This document shows positions 13,593 to 27,180 of a DNA stretch of 64,000 nucleotides, piece after piece. The stretch covers positions 4,898,001 to 4,962,000 of the forward strand of contig OZ024743.1 of NCBI GenBank assembly GCA_964016885.1, read 5' to 3'. Each line of letters opens with the position of its first letter. The first letter of the stretch is position 1. Below the pieces are notes generated by a model. The model saw only the letters and a list, made by a program, of their open reading frames with translations, was not told the DNA's origin and did no database searches. The DNA comes from Eledone cirrhosa (taxonomy: Eukaryota). A program made the translations under genes and the position numbers.

Positions 13593-15083
13593 GGGACGAT
13601 AAATGTTCTTCGACTCCAGAATTAAAGAAAGAGTAAACGAGAAATGCGCGGCAAGGGAAAAGTTTTTGAATGTGCGCTGAAGCAATAAAAGTTCCCAATT
13701 TCATTACACTGGCGTCATTTATTATTTTTTCTATATTCATAAATATAATTAGTTTGGCTTTTTAAAAAAAATCACTTCTATTTCAAAATGACGAACGAAG
13801 TGAAAATAAAAAGAAAGAATAGATGTGAGCATTACCAGGAAAGTTGAAGACGCTAGGAAAAGTCAGTGTTTACCCAGACAGGTTTGCAAGTAAAAAAGTC
13901 AAAACATATCATTTCATTTCTGTTTTGAGAGGATTTTAAATCCTTTTCTTTTCTTTCTACTTTCAACTTTCTTTAACTCTTTTCTCTCGTTCTTTCGCTT
14001 GATTTGCTCTTCTTCCTAGCGCCGGCTGTTAGCACTCACGATCTTCGGAACTATCAGACATAGTAATAACTGAAGGAAAGAAGAAGAAAACAAGGCAGAA
14101 AAAGAATCGGCGTATGAGGTAGAATAAACTTATGTTTTCTTTGTGACAAATAATTGTTGGCAGATGTTGTGGGTTGCATTCGGACTGATATGGTCTGGGG
14201 AGGAGACCTCAACGTCCATGCCGAGGAGCCTGGAACCCAGCGTTTCATGTAACCATAGTAATAGAAGCTTTACCATCCGTTTGCTTAAACTAGAGGCAGT
14301 TGGGGCTTCCTCACGAGTTGGGGAGCGGGATATGCTCTTCACAGTGTCGACAACACGCGAGCCAGCCAAAAGAAAGGGATGGAAAAAGACTATAATTACA
14401 ACTCAACAAGATTTTTTGTGTTGGGGTGAAAAAGTTTGAAATATAAAGACAAAAAACAAAAATAATATTAAAAAATAAATGCAATCTAACAAACACAGAC
14501 AAAACCGAAAGGGTGTTCAGAACGCGAATTTCAACAATTGAATGATCTTTCTCATTCAATTTCTTCTTTCGCTTTCTCTCTCTCTACTTCTATCACTCAA
14601 CTTTTTACTATCTCTGTCACTTATTTACTCTCTCTCTCTTTCTCTATCCTTCGCTTTCTTCTTTTTCTTCTTTTTCTCTATCCTTCGCTTTCTACATTTT
14701 CTTCTATTTCTCTGTCGTTCTCTTTCTCTAACTCTTCCTATATTTCTCTCTCACATTTATTGTTTAATCCCATCTTTCCTGTTCTTCTCTTATACTAGTC
14801 TTCGAAACTTAGTCTTTTCTTTTTTACACATATCGCAAAAAAAAAAAAGGAAATTGGTATTTTTTTTTAAAATGAAAAAGGGGAATAGTTTGTGTTTTCT
14901 ACGCTGTGCTTGCAGCTAAATCCCTCATCACAGTGTCAAGTCATGGTAGGATTATAGTTCAAAGTTTCCAGATGGAAAAACCAGCTTTCAGGGCAAAGGA
15001 TATGTTTAGCTACATATATGTACATACAAACATACAAACATACATACATATTTACATACATACATATATATGTATGTATATAT

Positions 15084-15165
<82 letters not shown>

Positions 15166-16859
15166 ATAATGTTGAAGTTATCAGGAGTGAAGAGCTTAGA
15201 AGAAGTAAATAAGTAAATTAAAAAATAAAAACGATTATCAACAGTGTGTCTGCCATTTGGCAGAAAAAAATTATAAACTCACATTATTTTCTGTCCAAAT
15301 GAACCAACTTTAATGCGACACATTGTTATCGTATGAATAATACATTTGGGGGCCTATGGTTTTATATCAATAAATTAGGAATAAATAAAAGGGGCTGCCC
15401 TACAGATTGTAAACTCGTTGTTTAACTTTCAGTGGCCATCTCTATTTTCAAATCGCTTAGGTAGTCTCTATGCAATATAGAGTTTCCATAATGGACGGCT
15501 AATCAAAACCTTTGTGGGAGGAGAATATTTGTTATTGTTGTTTTGTTTTCTCTTATTTTATTCTTTCTTTTGGATTTTATTTCATTTATTTTATATATTG
15601 TTTTCTATTTCGTGAAATGTTTCCTTAACTTTTTTTCGTAGTGTTTTTTTTTTTCTTTTTTTTTTAATTCTGTTTAACTCTTTCTTTCTCAACATCACCT
15701 CGAATTAGTTTCTTTTCTTTCTTGTCTGTCGTCTGCTTTCAATCATTTGAAAATCTACATCATCATCATCATAATTATTATCATCACCCTCTTCATTATT
15801 ATTTTTATTATTATTATTGTTATTATTATTATCATCATCATTATTATTATTATCGTTATTATTATTATTGTTTCTTTGTTATCCTCATCTTATGTAATCT
15901 AGTGTTGTTGTGTCATAAGCCATGAGATGATTTCTTTCTGATTGTTTTTGTTGTTGCTGTTGTTTCTGTTCTAGTTGTTTGTTGTTGCTCAATGTTTTTA
16001 TTATTATTACTATTATTATTATTATTATTATTATCATCATTATTATCATCATTATTGTTATTGTTATTATAATTATTTTGTATATTTGTATGCAAAATTG
16101 ATTGATACATCTGTGAAAGAAGTTCCTCGAACGTCCAAAAAGATTACATAAATAAAACTGTTGATGACAATGTAATGATTCTTCCTGATTCTTCACCAGA
16201 CCAATTGAGCTATCCTCATATTTGACAGGTAGAGTTTCCTCTCTCTCTTGAAGAAGAATAAGAATAAGAAGAGAATAAAAAGGAAAAGAAAAAAAAGAAA
16301 AAGGAGAATAGTATAAATTCCCTGTTCAAAGAAAATATGGCCTTCGGCATTAGAAGAGCACCCAGTCAATACCTGTGAGCCTGGGGTTCTTTTATAAACG
16401 AGCTTTAAAACGAAGTGGCCAGACCTTTTTAAAAGGCATTTAGTTTTCCAGTTGGTTTACTCTTGCTTCTCAGCATTTTGCAGACAAGCCCCCACTGTGC
16501 CGAATTCATTAACAAGGGACATAGAATGCGTAGTGTTTTTGTTTTCTGAAAGGTGTTAATTTGCTTGTACATGTGACCATACTACAACAACAATTAACAC
16601 AAAATAGCAACAACAAAAATGTCATCTAGTGGGGGGTCCTTTACTTTTTGCTAAAGCCTCAGCGGTGTTCTTCAAGCGTGTTACTTAATTGATTCTCATC
16701 TAGTAGCAGTTATATATAACATACTCAATGTGCTTACCTCTATAACTTCCAGTTATGTAACGGGTAAATTTAAATTTATGAGGAGGAAAACAACGAGAAA
16801 ATATTTTTTTCTTATTTTTTTTCTCCTTATTTTCATTGTATAATTAAATTTAACTTTGG

Positions 16860-16897
<38 letters not shown>

Positions 16898-17122
16898 TTA
16901 TATATTCTTATATATTATATATATATATATATATATATTCTTATATATACACATATATATACATACACATATATATATTTATATATATATATATACACAC
17001 ATATATATATATATACATACACACACACACATGTATATATATATATATATATATTATATATTATATATATCTACATATATATATACACATATATATACAT
17101 ACACATATATATTTATACACAC

Positions 17123-17192
<70 letters not shown>

Positions 17193-17272
17193 TTATATAT
17201 ATATACATATATATAATGCGTATATATATATATACATACATACATACATACATACATACATACATACATACA

Positions 17273-17310
<38 letters not shown>

Positions 17311-17333
17311 GCATGTATATATATATATAATAT

Positions 17334-17387
<54 letters not shown>

Positions 17388-17691
17388 ATATATATAGTTA
17401 CTTTTTGGATGTTTTCAATGCACTCCCTTTTTTTATAATTTCATTTTATATTTGTTGTACTTGTCTCCTGTACTCCGCCACCCTCCCTCTCAATATCACC
17501 CATTGCCATTAACGCTCTATTATTATTGTATTTATTATTATATTATCTTCATTGTTGTTGTGGCTATTTCTGGTGGTAATTGGAGTAAAATTAAATAGCA
17601 CGTGCATATATTAGACGACGAAGTTTCTTTTACATGTATTTTTTTTATTATTGAATATCGACATGTTACGCACGTTTCACAGATGATTAGT

Positions 17692-17845
17692 TCAAGATTT
17701 CCTATGGAAGCTATGAACCATACTCCAGGATCAATCTGCTTATCAGACTGGTGATTCAACGAAAAATAATGTTTTTGTTGAATCATGAGTCTGATGAACA
17801 AATTGATGCTGGAGTCAGATTCATAGCTTCCATAGATGGCCTTGA
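17692..17845. repeat. Imperfect long hairpin (~73-bp arms)
   Basis: ctatggaagctatgaa..ctccaggatcaat..atcagact..tgattcaac pairs with gttgaatca..agtctgat..attgatgctggag..ttcatagcttccatag. Confidence 0.8.
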
Positions 17846-18008
17846 GCCAATCATCTGTGAAACGCCCGTAACAATTCGACACTCAATAAAAATATAAAAC
17901 GTGTAAACGAAACGTTATAGTTTTTTTCTTATTATATACACTCTGCCTATGTTTCGAGTGTTCATATTAGTACTATTACCAGTAATTCACCGAATCACCT
18001 AAACTATG

Positions 18009-18111
<103 letters not shown>

Positions 18112-18199
18112 TCTGTGTGCGTGTGTGTGTGTGTGTGTGTACTGTGAGGGTATCATGAGTCTTAGTAGAACATTGCAATCACAATCGAGAATATATATA

Positions 18200-18895
18200 T
18201 AGTAAAATTTAAAAAAATATGATCAACACTAATGTGTTGTTTTTTTTGCAAAATGAAAATAATTTTTTAGCCAGATAGAATTACCTTAATTCAAGTACAT
18301 ATAGTCCGCCTGTATCGATCTAGAGAATATTAAATATTAAATCTATACTTACAGACGTAAAATGGCAACTGCCTGGTGCCTAGACAAGTTTAAATTTCAA
18401 AATTCAAACCTTTTCAGCAGATCGGTCGGAACTTCAAAACATAAACCTGTTTCACAAGGGATGGTAAACTAATGAAATAATTAATTAATTACGGAACAAC
18501 TATTTATAAAATAATTATTAGGGAAGTAATCAATTTTCTGTGATTTTCAATAGGCACCCAGAAATTATAGTTACTTCTCCTAAGATAATAATCTTAAGAC
18601 TGATCTGTCGCAAGCCTAATACATGTACTTTTGCACACGACCTTCTCAGCATTCTGGCTCATATCCATGGCGCTAGAAATAACAGCCGTAAATATGGGAT
18701 TATGAATTCAGCTCTACCGAAGGAACAGTTGCCATTTTACGTCTGTAAGTATAGATTTAATATTTAATATTCTCTAGATCGATACAGGCGGACTATATGT
18801 ACTTGAATTAAGGTATTTCTATCTGGCTAAAAAATTATTGTCATTTTGCAAAAAAAAACACATTAGTGTTGATTATATTTTTTAAAATTGTACTG
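18200..18895. mobile_element. ~700-bp MITE with ~170-bp TIRs (Tc1/mariner-pogo type, TA target)
   Basis: 18200-18371 is the reverse complement of 18726-18895. Ends are ta|(t)agta...tactg|ta. Confidence 0.85.
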
Positions 18896-18928
18896 TAATG
18901 CTCAGAAGTATTTTCTCAGAGCTTAAGA

Positions 18929-18981
<53 letters not shown>

Positions 18982-18984
<3 letters not shown>

Positions 18985-19081
18985 GGTGTCCCTAAAAATG
19001 TATACACACTTCCACAGCATTCTAATAAATATTGCCTGTACAGGTAATCAAAGTGTGTATACATTTTATGAGGACACCCTG
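18982..19081. mobile_element. 100-bp Tc1/mariner-type mini-MITE in (TA)n
   Basis: agggtgtccctaaaaatgtatacacactt...aagtgtgtatacattttatgaggacaccctg|ta. Confidence 0.8.
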
Positions 19082-19699
19082 TATATATATAGATGTATAT
19101 GTGTGTGGTGGGGGGGGGGGGGGGGGGGTATGCATTAATAGTTACACTCACATATGCAGGTATGTATGCCATCTTCGTTTTTTAATTATTTGTATTTTAA
19201 CAACGAGACAAACATCTATCACTGGAACTTGGATAACACCAATGGTGAAGAATTACATGCTGGGCCTCAGAAAAGTCTTGCATATATATTTACTGTCTCT
19301 TATAGAAATGTATTTGCAAAGAGCAGTTTGCTTGAAAACCCCACAAAAACGTAGCCAAATGCATTATTAAATATATTAGTATTTATGCCTATATCATAGT
19401 CAAGTATCTGGAGGTTTCGAAATAGTTGTCCATAAATGGTCTCTTTCTCAGTGATTAAAAAAAGTTTGATCACATCAGCAACACTGCTGAGCTCTCTAAT
19501 TGTACGGGATTTTCTTTTGTCTCCAACAACTATATATTTGTATTTAGCAGAAGCTTTGGTGGGGATGTTTCACCAAAATTCCTTATGTTGAAACATATTT
19601 AATATTCAACAAGAAAAGTATTACAATATATATATGTGTGTGTGTGAATGTATGTATATATATATTCTTAGAAAATGTAGATAACTCAAACGCAGAACA

Positions 19700-19828
19700 T
19701 GTCTGTTACTATAGTCGATTGGATAAAATACCTCTGTAGACGGACAAAGTTGAAAGAAGCCACAACAAAGAATCGAACTCTGTACCTCTCAAATTCTTCC
19801 TGGGTGCTTAACGATTGAGCTAAACGTT
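19700..19828 (-). mobile_element. tRNA-headed SINE fragment
   Basis: The minus strand reads gtttagctcaatcgttaagcaccc...gagttcgattctttg. Confidence 0.5.
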
Positions 19829-20529
19829 TCCTGACATCAACTTCCATCTAAAATATTTTTTACGGTAAACTATCAGAGCTACGTATTTCCGTCTATAGGG
19901 TTTCTCGTCCGAGTCTTTCTTAGGGCAAGCTTATCCAGTCATTAAGAAATGGTTACTTTTTAACTCACACGACCTTCGCTTATGTGCATGTGGTGGATGT
20001 ATTCAATTTTGTTGCTTTGGTTTTTTAGATGATGCCTGAGTGATACCATACGACAATCAAAACTTATATGGCCTCATCTTAAGATTTTTCTTTCAATTTT
20101 TTTCTTTTGCCAATATGACAATAGACGTTAAACCTTCCAGTTGATATCAGGATCATGCGGATTTTACTATCTATTGCACGAATTTCCTCTACAAAGCTGT
20201 TGAATGTACCAAATGCTAGTACCGACATTGGTACTACAAATACATTGTGGGATATTGTCTTATAAGAGGAAAACTTCAACTACAATACTTTATGACTGGT
20301 ATAACATATTATTTAGCCACGAGCTTTTTCTACGACACATCTTCGTCAACACCTTGTGCGTTCAGCTATTAATTATAAACATCATTTTCACCTGAATTTG
20401 TTTCTAAGTACATTTCTCAATGTCATGACTATTTTCAGTTTATGCCTTTAGATTGTCCCCAAAGAAACTATTATTTAACCTTCGTGTTCCTATCTATTGC
20501 ATAACCACTGGGTTCCTATGTATTGCATA

Positions 20530-20848
20530 ACAAAGGGAATATTTTAGGTAAACAGTCTGTCTGTGTTTCTGTTTATTAGAACACTAACCCAACCGACAAT
20601 TACCGTATTTCCCGGCGTCGAAGAGGCTACTTTTTTCCTGAAATAAATCTAAAAAATCTACCATGTGTTCTGGAGGGAGGCCAAAGGTTATTTTTTTTTT
20701 TTTTTTCAAATTTTTGATCGTCAAAATTAGGGTGCGTCCTCGAAAACGAAGCTTCTTCGGCGCCGGGAAATACGGTAATTGTCGGTTGGGTTAGTGTTCT
20801 AACAAACAGAAGCACAGACAGACTGTTTACCTAAAATATTCCCTTTGT
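20530..20848. repeat. Fold-back: ~72-bp inverted flanks around the Tc2-like MITE
   Basis: 20530-20602 is the reverse complement of 20776-20848, with about 2 mismatches. Confidence 0.9.
20603..20775. mobile_element. Tc2/pogo-like MITE (CCGTATTT termini, TA duplication)
   Basis: ta|ccgtatttcccggcgtcgaag...cttcggcgccgggaaatacgg|ta, with the subterminal gggtgcgtc motif. Confidence 0.8.
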
Positions 20849-21077
20849 AAGTCTTATAACATCAATAATTACTTTTTAATAAAGTTTACATTTACATTTA
20901 TTCTTTTGGTGTCCATTATCACCATTTATTTATATATTGTTTTAAAACTAACTCATGGGGGGGGGGGGGGGGGTCCGATAATTATTGACATTTTTTTTTA
21001 AATTTTGCCAAATAAAATCATCGTTTAAAGTTATAAATGAATGTAATTGTTATTATGTTTCTCCTATATAGAATTCG

Positions 21078-21600
21078 ACATTACAACAGGCGCTCTCTAA
21101 GTCAATATCTTGCCGTCTTATCTTTTCTTTGTTGTGATTGACTGTGTAATGAGAAATGGATTTATCATCGATGAGATCGTTTTTTTCTTTTCCCAACGAT
21201 ACCATGGAAGATTTCAAATATAGAAGATCAAAAGCTTTGACAATCTTTTGGAAACTGAAAAATATCTATTCTCCTCTATGCAACTGAGTCAGTCGTACAC
21301 CATCACAAAAACGCTAGTGAAGAAAATAAATGCCTTACAAACCCAGTACATGAGAATCATGTTTAATATTAACAGAACAGGCTATGTCACTAGTCAATAT
21401 GTATACGAGAAAACAAGTAACTACCCACTAATCAACAGCGATTTAGCATCAGTTATTGTTCATTGGACATTCTATTGAGAGAAGAAATGAAAATTTGATT
21501 CAGCAATACTGTCTGTGTCTCACAACATGGGCAAAAACATTGAGACTGACAGAAACAAAGCTATGTGAAATACGTGAGGTTGACAGGGACAGAATGGCAA
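21078..21600 (+). mobile_element. Heavily decayed RTE-type LINE RT and C-terminal fragment
   Basis: Degenerate ITTG...YLFFVVIDCVMR, then YATES/YTITKTLVKKINALQTQYMRIMFNINR and FIGHSI. Confidence 0.6.
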
Positions 21601-21704
21601 AAAGATTTGTTGGTGAGGCCGCCTCTCGTTTCTACACTCCAGAATGAGAACGAGACAACTTAATTCTTTATCGATGTTGAGGAAATGTATGTAAATATGT
21701 ATGT

Positions 21705-22040
21705 ACCCGTAACTTCTGATGGAGTAGAAGAGGTACCGTAGTGGCATCTGCTATTTCTGCGGCACTTTGTTTTTACACCTGACGGAGCCCATCCCCTTTC
21801 TAGGAAAGAGCGAGAAAGAGAGAGAGAGGGGGGGAGAGAGAGGGAGAGAGAGAGAGAGAGAGGGGGAGAGAGAGAGAGAGAGAGAGAGATAGCGGAAGAA
21901 TCGATCCAAAGTACTAGACCGGTACTTTTTTTATCGACCTCAAAAGCATGTAAAGGATTTTAACTCAGAGCGCAGACAGCTGCAACGAATACCTCAAAGC
22001 ATTCTATACGATATTCTAATGACCCTATCAGTTCACCACC
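21705..22040 (-). mobile_element. Older SINE subfamily with internal (CT)n and extended 3' part
   Basis: Reverse-complement similarity to 23398-23715 (cctagaaagggatggg.tccg.cagg...gttacgg). Confidence 0.7.
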
Positions 22041-22364
22041 CATGTTGAGTAAATAATGTGTCACAAATAAACCCCTTTTAAAACTATAAATAAATGTCTT
22101 TTAAGCACTTTTTTTTTTTTTTAATAATTTTTCCTGAAGTATATTTTTAGGCTTGTATTTTCAATTTTTTAAGCTGTCATTGTTTCTATTTTTCTGATTG
22201 GTATTATGGTGTTTGAGATTCTGTCATGCGGTCCTATAATCTACACCTGTTATGGAGACACATTGTGATGATGTAGAGGACATACTCACTTATACTCACT
22301 TATATGAAATTGGTGAAATGCTACCATTAAAATCTCTGTAAAATGTAATCATAATGACCTAGAT

Positions 22365-22551
22365 TGGGGTTACCCAACCTTTTCCAAGCGCGGAATTCTT
22401 TTTGGTTGAGAAACCTTTTGGGGGAACCCCAAAGTCTAATACTGTTATATGGTCCGTCATAAAAATATACTCCTCTACCTTTTTTCACGGAACCCTAGAC
22501 ACTCCTTTACGGAACCCTTGGATTTCGTGGAACCTACTTTGGGAACCTCTG
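22365..22551. mobile_element. hAT-type MITE
   Basis: Ends tggggttacccaac / tttgggaacctctg, repeated cggaacc motifs, and TSD-like acctagat / atctagaa. Confidence 0.72.
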
Positions 22552-23397
22552 ATCTAGAAATTATCTTCAGTAGTAGAAATTAGTTGTCAGGCGGACGTTT
22601 ACGTTAAACATAAAAGACAGAAGAAAACATCTATGCACGACTAATAAGAAATATACAAATGCTACACTCATACTATAGCTTTAGATTTATATCGAGGATT
22701 ATTGGAAAGTTTGTTTGATGTCTACTCGTCGCGGCGCCAATTTTGAGAAACTTAACATCGCAAAATCAGAAAAGAGATTACAATTATGAGCCATTTATGA
22801 AATAGTGGAAATATTCAAAACAGAAATGTAGCTTTTGAAATGTACACATGTGCATGTTAGACATACATGTGCATGTTAGACATACAAATATATGTATGTA
22901 CACTATACACAAATCAAAACATACAGAGAATGTATTTTTTTTAATAACATTCCATAAGATGTATATAGGTTTTTAATTTCACTGTCCTCTGTAAGAGTAC
23001 CTTAGCTCGATAAACTAATGCTTTAAAAGGTGTCATCACTTCGAAAGAGCATATTGCAGATAATACAATTACGCAGAATGGAAAAATGTTTCTTGTACAT
23101 ACTGATTTCTTGAGCAATAGTAGCGAACTTTCACATATTTATATTGAAGACTTTAACTTATTATATTTATGGCTTATGAAAAAATGTTTATATGTAAGCT
23201 TTAGGAAAATTCTGGTGGCAATGCTTGAATTAACATTTAAATTCTATAGAGGATTATACCATGTGATATTTCTTTTCTCATTTTTGTACTTATGAATATT
23301 AATACGTGTAGTGCTTTCTACATTTTAAGCCGTAATCTTTTGATGTATTGTTGTGTAGTATTAGAGCAGTATTTACCAACACCTAAGTATAGGACTA

Positions 23398-23715
23398 AGG
23401 CAGAGAATTGGTAGACTCGTTAGAATGTCGGATAGAATGTTTTATGATATTCCTTCCAGCTCTCTACTCTCTAAGTCCCTCCGAAGTCAACTTTGCCTTT
23501 CATCCTTTCGAGGTCGATAAAAAAGTACCAGTCTAGTACTGGGGTCGATTCTTCCTCTATATCTCTTTCTCACTTCTCTCACTTTCTATATTACTCTAGA
23601 AGAAATCTGCTATACTCAGGCCTAGAAAGGGATGGGTTCCGACAGGTTTAAAATACCCAAGAAACGCCATATATCAATACGGCGTCTCTACGACTCTATC
23701 AAGAGTTACGGAATC
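23398..23715 (+). mobile_element. Older SINE subfamily, second copy
   Basis: tRNA-like head, then gtcaactttgcctttcatcctttcgaggtcgataaaaaagtaccag and the shared 3' extension. Confidence 0.7.
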
Positions 23716-24034
23716 ATATATATAAGTATAAGGCTATTTGCGAGAAATCTAATATACTTTGATTCGTATCAACTATAATCTTTTAAATCTTATTTTTTAA
23801 TTGTGTTGATAAGATTTTCTGCACAAACACACACGCACACAAACATTCGCATGCCAGAATACTTATATCACTATTTGCCTGACCATTTCACCCATCTTCA
23901 ATCTTCCAGCCTCCACTTTCTCCTAAATTTACACTTTCCTCGTGAAGGACTGACGTCCGATACGTTGAAGTCTAATTCGGCTAATAAGACTTTCTGTAAT
24001 TGTTCTGTTTGTTTTTATAAACCGACTCTAAAGT

Positions 24035-24124
<90 letters not shown>

Positions 24125-24680
24125 TGTATGTATGTATGTGTGCGTATGTGTGTGTACGTGTATATGTGTGTGTATTTGTGTGTGGTGGGTGTGTGCGTGC
24201 GGGCGTGCGTGCGTGAGTGCATGAGTGCGTGTATGTGCAAGTGTATGTATGTTTAAATTACATATACTCACGGGCGCACACTGACATACACACACACATA
24301 CAGAGGTTCAAAGCAATTTTCAGTTTTTCCTAGCCGTGATTTGTATAGAATTTCTGGTAATCACGTGACGGCAGTAAGTACTAAACTCCTGTAGCGGTAG
24401 CTGTTACTCACATAAGTCAACAAAACAATATTAGCTGCAAAAGAATTATATCTGCTGATGAAGCCCCATCTGATCAACTTGGTCCTGCACATTTGTGGTT
24501 CGACGAAAAAAATCTATAAAATATTACCAGAATTGAAAAAATAAGCACTCGTCTCGATATGTTCGACTAAATCATTTTTTAGGCGGTGCCCAAGCATGGC
24601 CGCTGTTTAATGAGTAAAACCGGTAAAAGAGTAAAAGAGAATATATATTGTAACGTGTAAGGTTGTTGACATTTGATTAG

Positions 24681-24872
24681 CAGACCTGCCAACCTCTAAA
24701 ACTCCTAACAGGGAGTACCATAAAAAATTCCCCAAAACGGGGAGAAATGGGACAAAATGGGGAGATTTTACATAATGAAAGTTATAGCCATTTTCACAAG
24801 AGAAAACATCTCTCACCCACCCCAAAGAGGGTGGGAGATCTCCCCGTCGAACGGGGAGAGTTGAAATGTCTG
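24681..24872. mobile_element. hAT-like MITE (CAGACCTGCCAAC terminus); partial second copy at 25361-25440
   Basis: cagacctgccaac...ggggagagttgaaatgtctg, repeated gggaga motifs, and gattag on both flanks. Confidence 0.68.
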
Positions 24873-25544
24873 GATTAGTCCAACCATAAACATATTCAGA
24901 GGTGAGAAAAAGAGAGAGAGAGATGTCTAGATTATAGCAGTAAACCAATAAGTTCCCCGTCTTCATGACATTTAATCAAAGAAATTATTGGTATTTTGTC
25001 TTTGGTGTTCGAAAGTACGGTCTACTAATTTATTTGAAATTCCTTTATGGTGATACTGGACAGCGATGGCTGGCTGTCAGCCTGATTTATTTTGAGCTTG
25101 GCAACGTGTCAGCAAAATAGAATACGGATACCAATTGTACATCTATGCCTGGCTAAGAGGTGCACCAGAAGGAATTATAATTGGATAACTGCAGAAATAT
25201 TGGCTGAAGTGCAAACCGAAATTTCGCGAAGATTTTGATTACAAACAACGCTATTTTGAATAATATGATCAACTAAATCCATTTAAGGCGAAACTCTAAC
25301 ATAGCCTAAGTCTAATGACTGGATCCAGTAAAGAATGAAACTAATCCATTGCTTGATTAGCAGACCTGCCAACCTCTAAAACCCAACCAGGGAGTACCAT
25401 GAAAAAAAGTGCCTCAGAACGGGGAGAAATGAAGCAAAATATGAATATTTCAACTCTTTTCATGGTCCGCAAAACAAGTTCCACTCAAATACTGGTATTA
25501 ATTTTATCGATTGTACTCTTCTCAACAATATATTATCTGGACTC

Positions 25545-25792
25545 AATATGGCTGAATGGCTAAAATGTTCGATTCGCATTCATCAGTCCTTGAGTTCGAT
25601 CCCATTTCTTGACATCTTGTTATTAAAAGTGGGTAGACGGAAAATGTTTGGAAGCCTGTGTTACAGGTACAGTACATCTGACAGGCTTCCACAGTTTCCG
25701 TTAACTAACTTTCACTCATAAGGTTCAGGTCGGTTCGAAGCTACGGCAAAACCACTTGCCCAATGTGTCACTTTATCAGATCGAACTCAGAC
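25545..25792. mobile_element. Two decayed tRNA-derived SINE fragments arranged tail-to-tail
   Basis: + head tggctgaatggctaa...gagttcgatccc with tail gtagacggaaaatgtttggaagcctgt, followed by inverted acaggcttccacagtttccg...atcgaactc. Confidence 0.6.
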
Positions 25793-26170
25793 TTCATATG
25801 TAATGTGCATGTTTGAGCTCCATTTTTTTAATATTAATTATGCATCTGTGCGTGTTTGTATGTGTGAGTGTGTGTATGCGCACACGTATCTGTATTAGTG
25901 TGGTTGTGTCTATATGTGTGTGTTGTGGGGGCGTAATTAATGTCACTGACGGATGGCAAAGAGTTAAAACGTATCAGTCAGTCAATCATATATCACATGA
26001 CCAAACAGTTGCCTTCTCATTCTGTGGGAAAATAAACATAGACGTAACCTTTAAAAGAACAGCTGTTACCTCCCTTTAATACCCTCCGCTTCACTGCTGA
26101 TCCCCAACTCTAAAATTCTCTCTCTCTCTTCCTCTGCGCTTATATTATATTATATTATATTATATTATAT

Positions 26171-26264
<94 letters not shown>

Positions 26265-26295
26265 CATATATATATATACATATATATATATATAC

Positions 26296-26376
<81 letters not shown>

Positions 26377-26436
26377 TATATACATATATATATAATATAT
26401 ATATATATATACATATATATATACATACATATATAA

Positions 26437-26534
<98 letters not shown>

Positions 26535-26841
26535 CATATATATACATATATATATAAATATATATATTCTTTATTATGGGTCTTTTTATTCTGGAGTTTC
26601 ACCTGTATACTCACATGATCATCAAACGAGGTTATAGGTCCTCTTCTCGTCGAATGACATATGCCCAATGGTTAGGGCAATGTTATAGTGGGAAAGACTT
26701 GCTCATAGAATTACATGTGATAAATAGGCGAAACTTCAGAGTAACAAGATTCACTATGTAGACTTAATAAAATGAATATAAAAATTCTACTTCGGTATTG
26801 AGTACTCTTTCTTCTCATCCACATACAGATATAAATACAGA

Positions 26842-26926
<85 letters not shown>

Positions 26927-26959
26927 CGAAATCGCTTAGGGCCGCGGTCGGTATTTTAC

Positions 26960-27002
<43 letters not shown>

Positions 27003-27180
27003 TATCTATCTATATATGTATGTATATATATATATATACATTTAGGTTTGTTGGTTCACCACTGGATAGAACTGGTCATTCCGTATAGTCAACCTTGATG
27101 TAATCTTAGGGAGAGCACTCGACGTAATGCAATTCACCCGTTTTTGTTTGTGTTGTTGGTAGTGCGAGTACGGAGCTAAT

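Noticed and set aside
14054-14439. Overlapping 64-98 aa ORFs
   Set aside because: No recognisable homology or consistent exon structure. Kept only as part of a repeat-poor island.
19400-19460. Minus-strand hammerhead-like ctgagaa...gaaa
   Set aside because: The core deviates from CUGANGA and the stems are not convincing.
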